From: Phycisphaerae bacterium
Lineage (GTDB): Bacteria; Planctomycetota; Phycisphaerae; UBA1845
Direction of reading: 5' to 3'
Length of the DNA stretch: 64,000 nucleotides
Assembly: GCA_963666835.2 (NCBI GenBank)
Contig: CAXXGO010000001.1
Location: 1,856,001 to 1,920,000, forward strand
This document shows positions 63,021 through 64,000 of this stretch, in pieces; position 1 is the first letter of the stretch; each line of letters starts with the position of its first letter. The notes below the pieces were generated by a model. That model ran no database searches. It saw only the letters and a list, made by a program, of their open reading frames with translations, and was not told the origin of the DNA. A program made the translations under genes and the position numbers.

Positions 63021-64000
63021 TTAGACGCCGCCGCTCGTCTTCTCGAACGTGAAAACGTCACCCGAGGTGTCGACCGTAATCCGATCTCCGGCGGCGAAAT
63101 CGCCTTTCAAAATCCGCTTAGCCAGGGGATTCTCGATCTCCTGTTGAATTAGCCGTTTCAGAGGACGAGCCCCATACATCGGGTCGAACCCGTCGGTGGC
63201 CAGCCGGTCTCGCGCCGCATCCGTCAGAGTGAGCGTCATATCTCGGTCAGCCAGGCGCGCCCGCAGGTGTTTGATTTGGATCTCGGCGATCCGGCCCAGA
63301 TGGTCGCGCGTAAGCTGCTGAAAGATGATCGTATCATCGATCCGATTGAGAAACTCCGGCCGGAAGCTCTGTTTGAGGGTCTCCTTGATCTTCATCTCGA
63401 TCTCGATGTCGGCCGCCGGCGAATCCTCGCTACCACCTTCAATCATACGCTGGATATGCTCGCTGCCCAAGTTGCTGGTCATGATGATGATCGTGTTCTT
63501 GAAGTCCACCGTGCGGCCGTGTCCGTCGGTCAGCCGCCCGTCGTCGAGCACCTGCAACAGCACATTGAAAACGTCCGGATGAGCTTTCTCGATCTCATCG
63601 AACAGCACGACACAATAGGGCTTGCGATGCACCGCTTCGGTGAGTCTTCCGCCCTCCTCGAACCCGACGTATCCGGGCGGGGCGCCGATGAGCCGGGCGA
63701 CACTATGTTGCTCCATGAACTCGCTCATATCGATGCGGACGAACGCGGCTTCTTCGTCGAACAGAAACACCGCCAAGGCCTTGCAGAGTTCGGTCTTGCC
63801 TACTCCGGTGGGGCCGAGGAAGAGGAACGAACCGATGGGCCGGTCCGGGTCCCCGAGCCCGGCGCGGGAACGCCGAACCGCATCCGAGACGGCCCTAACC
63901 GCTTCGTCTTGTCCGACCACGCGCTCGTGGAGCCCTTCTTCCATTCTCATGAGTTTGTCCCGTTCACCCTCAAGCATCCGGGAGACGGGCACGCCGGTCC
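63021..64000 (-). CDS. clpB: ATP-dependent chaperone ClpB, C-terminal part (5' end outside the window)
   Basis: [67 protein letters not shown]. Confidence 0.93.
   Translation of the reverse strand, partial: TGVPVSRMLEGERDKLMRMEEGLHERVVGQDEAVRAVSDAVRRSRAGLGDPDRPIGSFLFLGPTGVGKTELCKALAVFLFDEEAAFVRIDMSEFMEQHSVARLIGAPPGYVGFEEGGRLTEAVHRKPYCVVLFDEIEKAHPDVFNVLLQVLDDGRLTDGHGRTVDFKNTIIIMTSNLGSEHIQRMIEGGSEDSPAADIEIEMKIKETLKQSFRPEFLNRIDDTIIFQQLTRDHLGRIAEIQIKHLRARLADRDMTLTLTDAARDRLATDGFDPMYGARPLKRLIQQEIENPLAKRILKGDFAAGDRITVDTSGDVFTFEKTSGGV

Overview
A 64-kb, GC-rich, gene-dense bacterial chromosome segment with about 45 CDS. It is most consistent with a planctomycete, probably Phycisphaerae. This is inferred from the IPTL-CTERM protein, the giant PQQ/TPR propeller protein, the M56 sensor fusion and the MGxxDRxY-type rhomboid. 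I found no rRNA, tRNA, CRISPR array or transposase. Housekeeping genes (dxr-rseP, ftsK, addB, hldE-gmhA, ribE-pdxA, mtnP, mutM, partial clpB) are interleaved with four peptide transporters, three clustered intramembrane proteases, a two-component system, a BlaI/M56 pair and a partial EPS export locus. Highlights: (1) a tightly coupled six-gene terpenoid operon at 8871-15958 (HdrA-like Fe-S protein, ferredoxin, radical SAM enzyme, DUF116-polyprenyl synthase fusion, prenyltransferase barrel, DXDD class II cyclase) with no squalene synthase, the best candidate for an undescribed pathway; (2) a membrane-anchored UxxC selenoprotein with a clear SECIS hairpin, which the ORF track splits in two; (3) a probable nested in-frame secreted EF-hand protein inside the M56 gene, plus twin operators over the blaI promoter; (4) OPT and POT transporters with large, internally duplicated inserted domains; (5) three REP/REPIN-like palindrome families, two of which bracket orphan genes; (6) two +1 frameshifts (pdxA and a glycosyltransferase) that may be sequencing errors. 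All family assignments come from motif recognition by eye; no database search was run.
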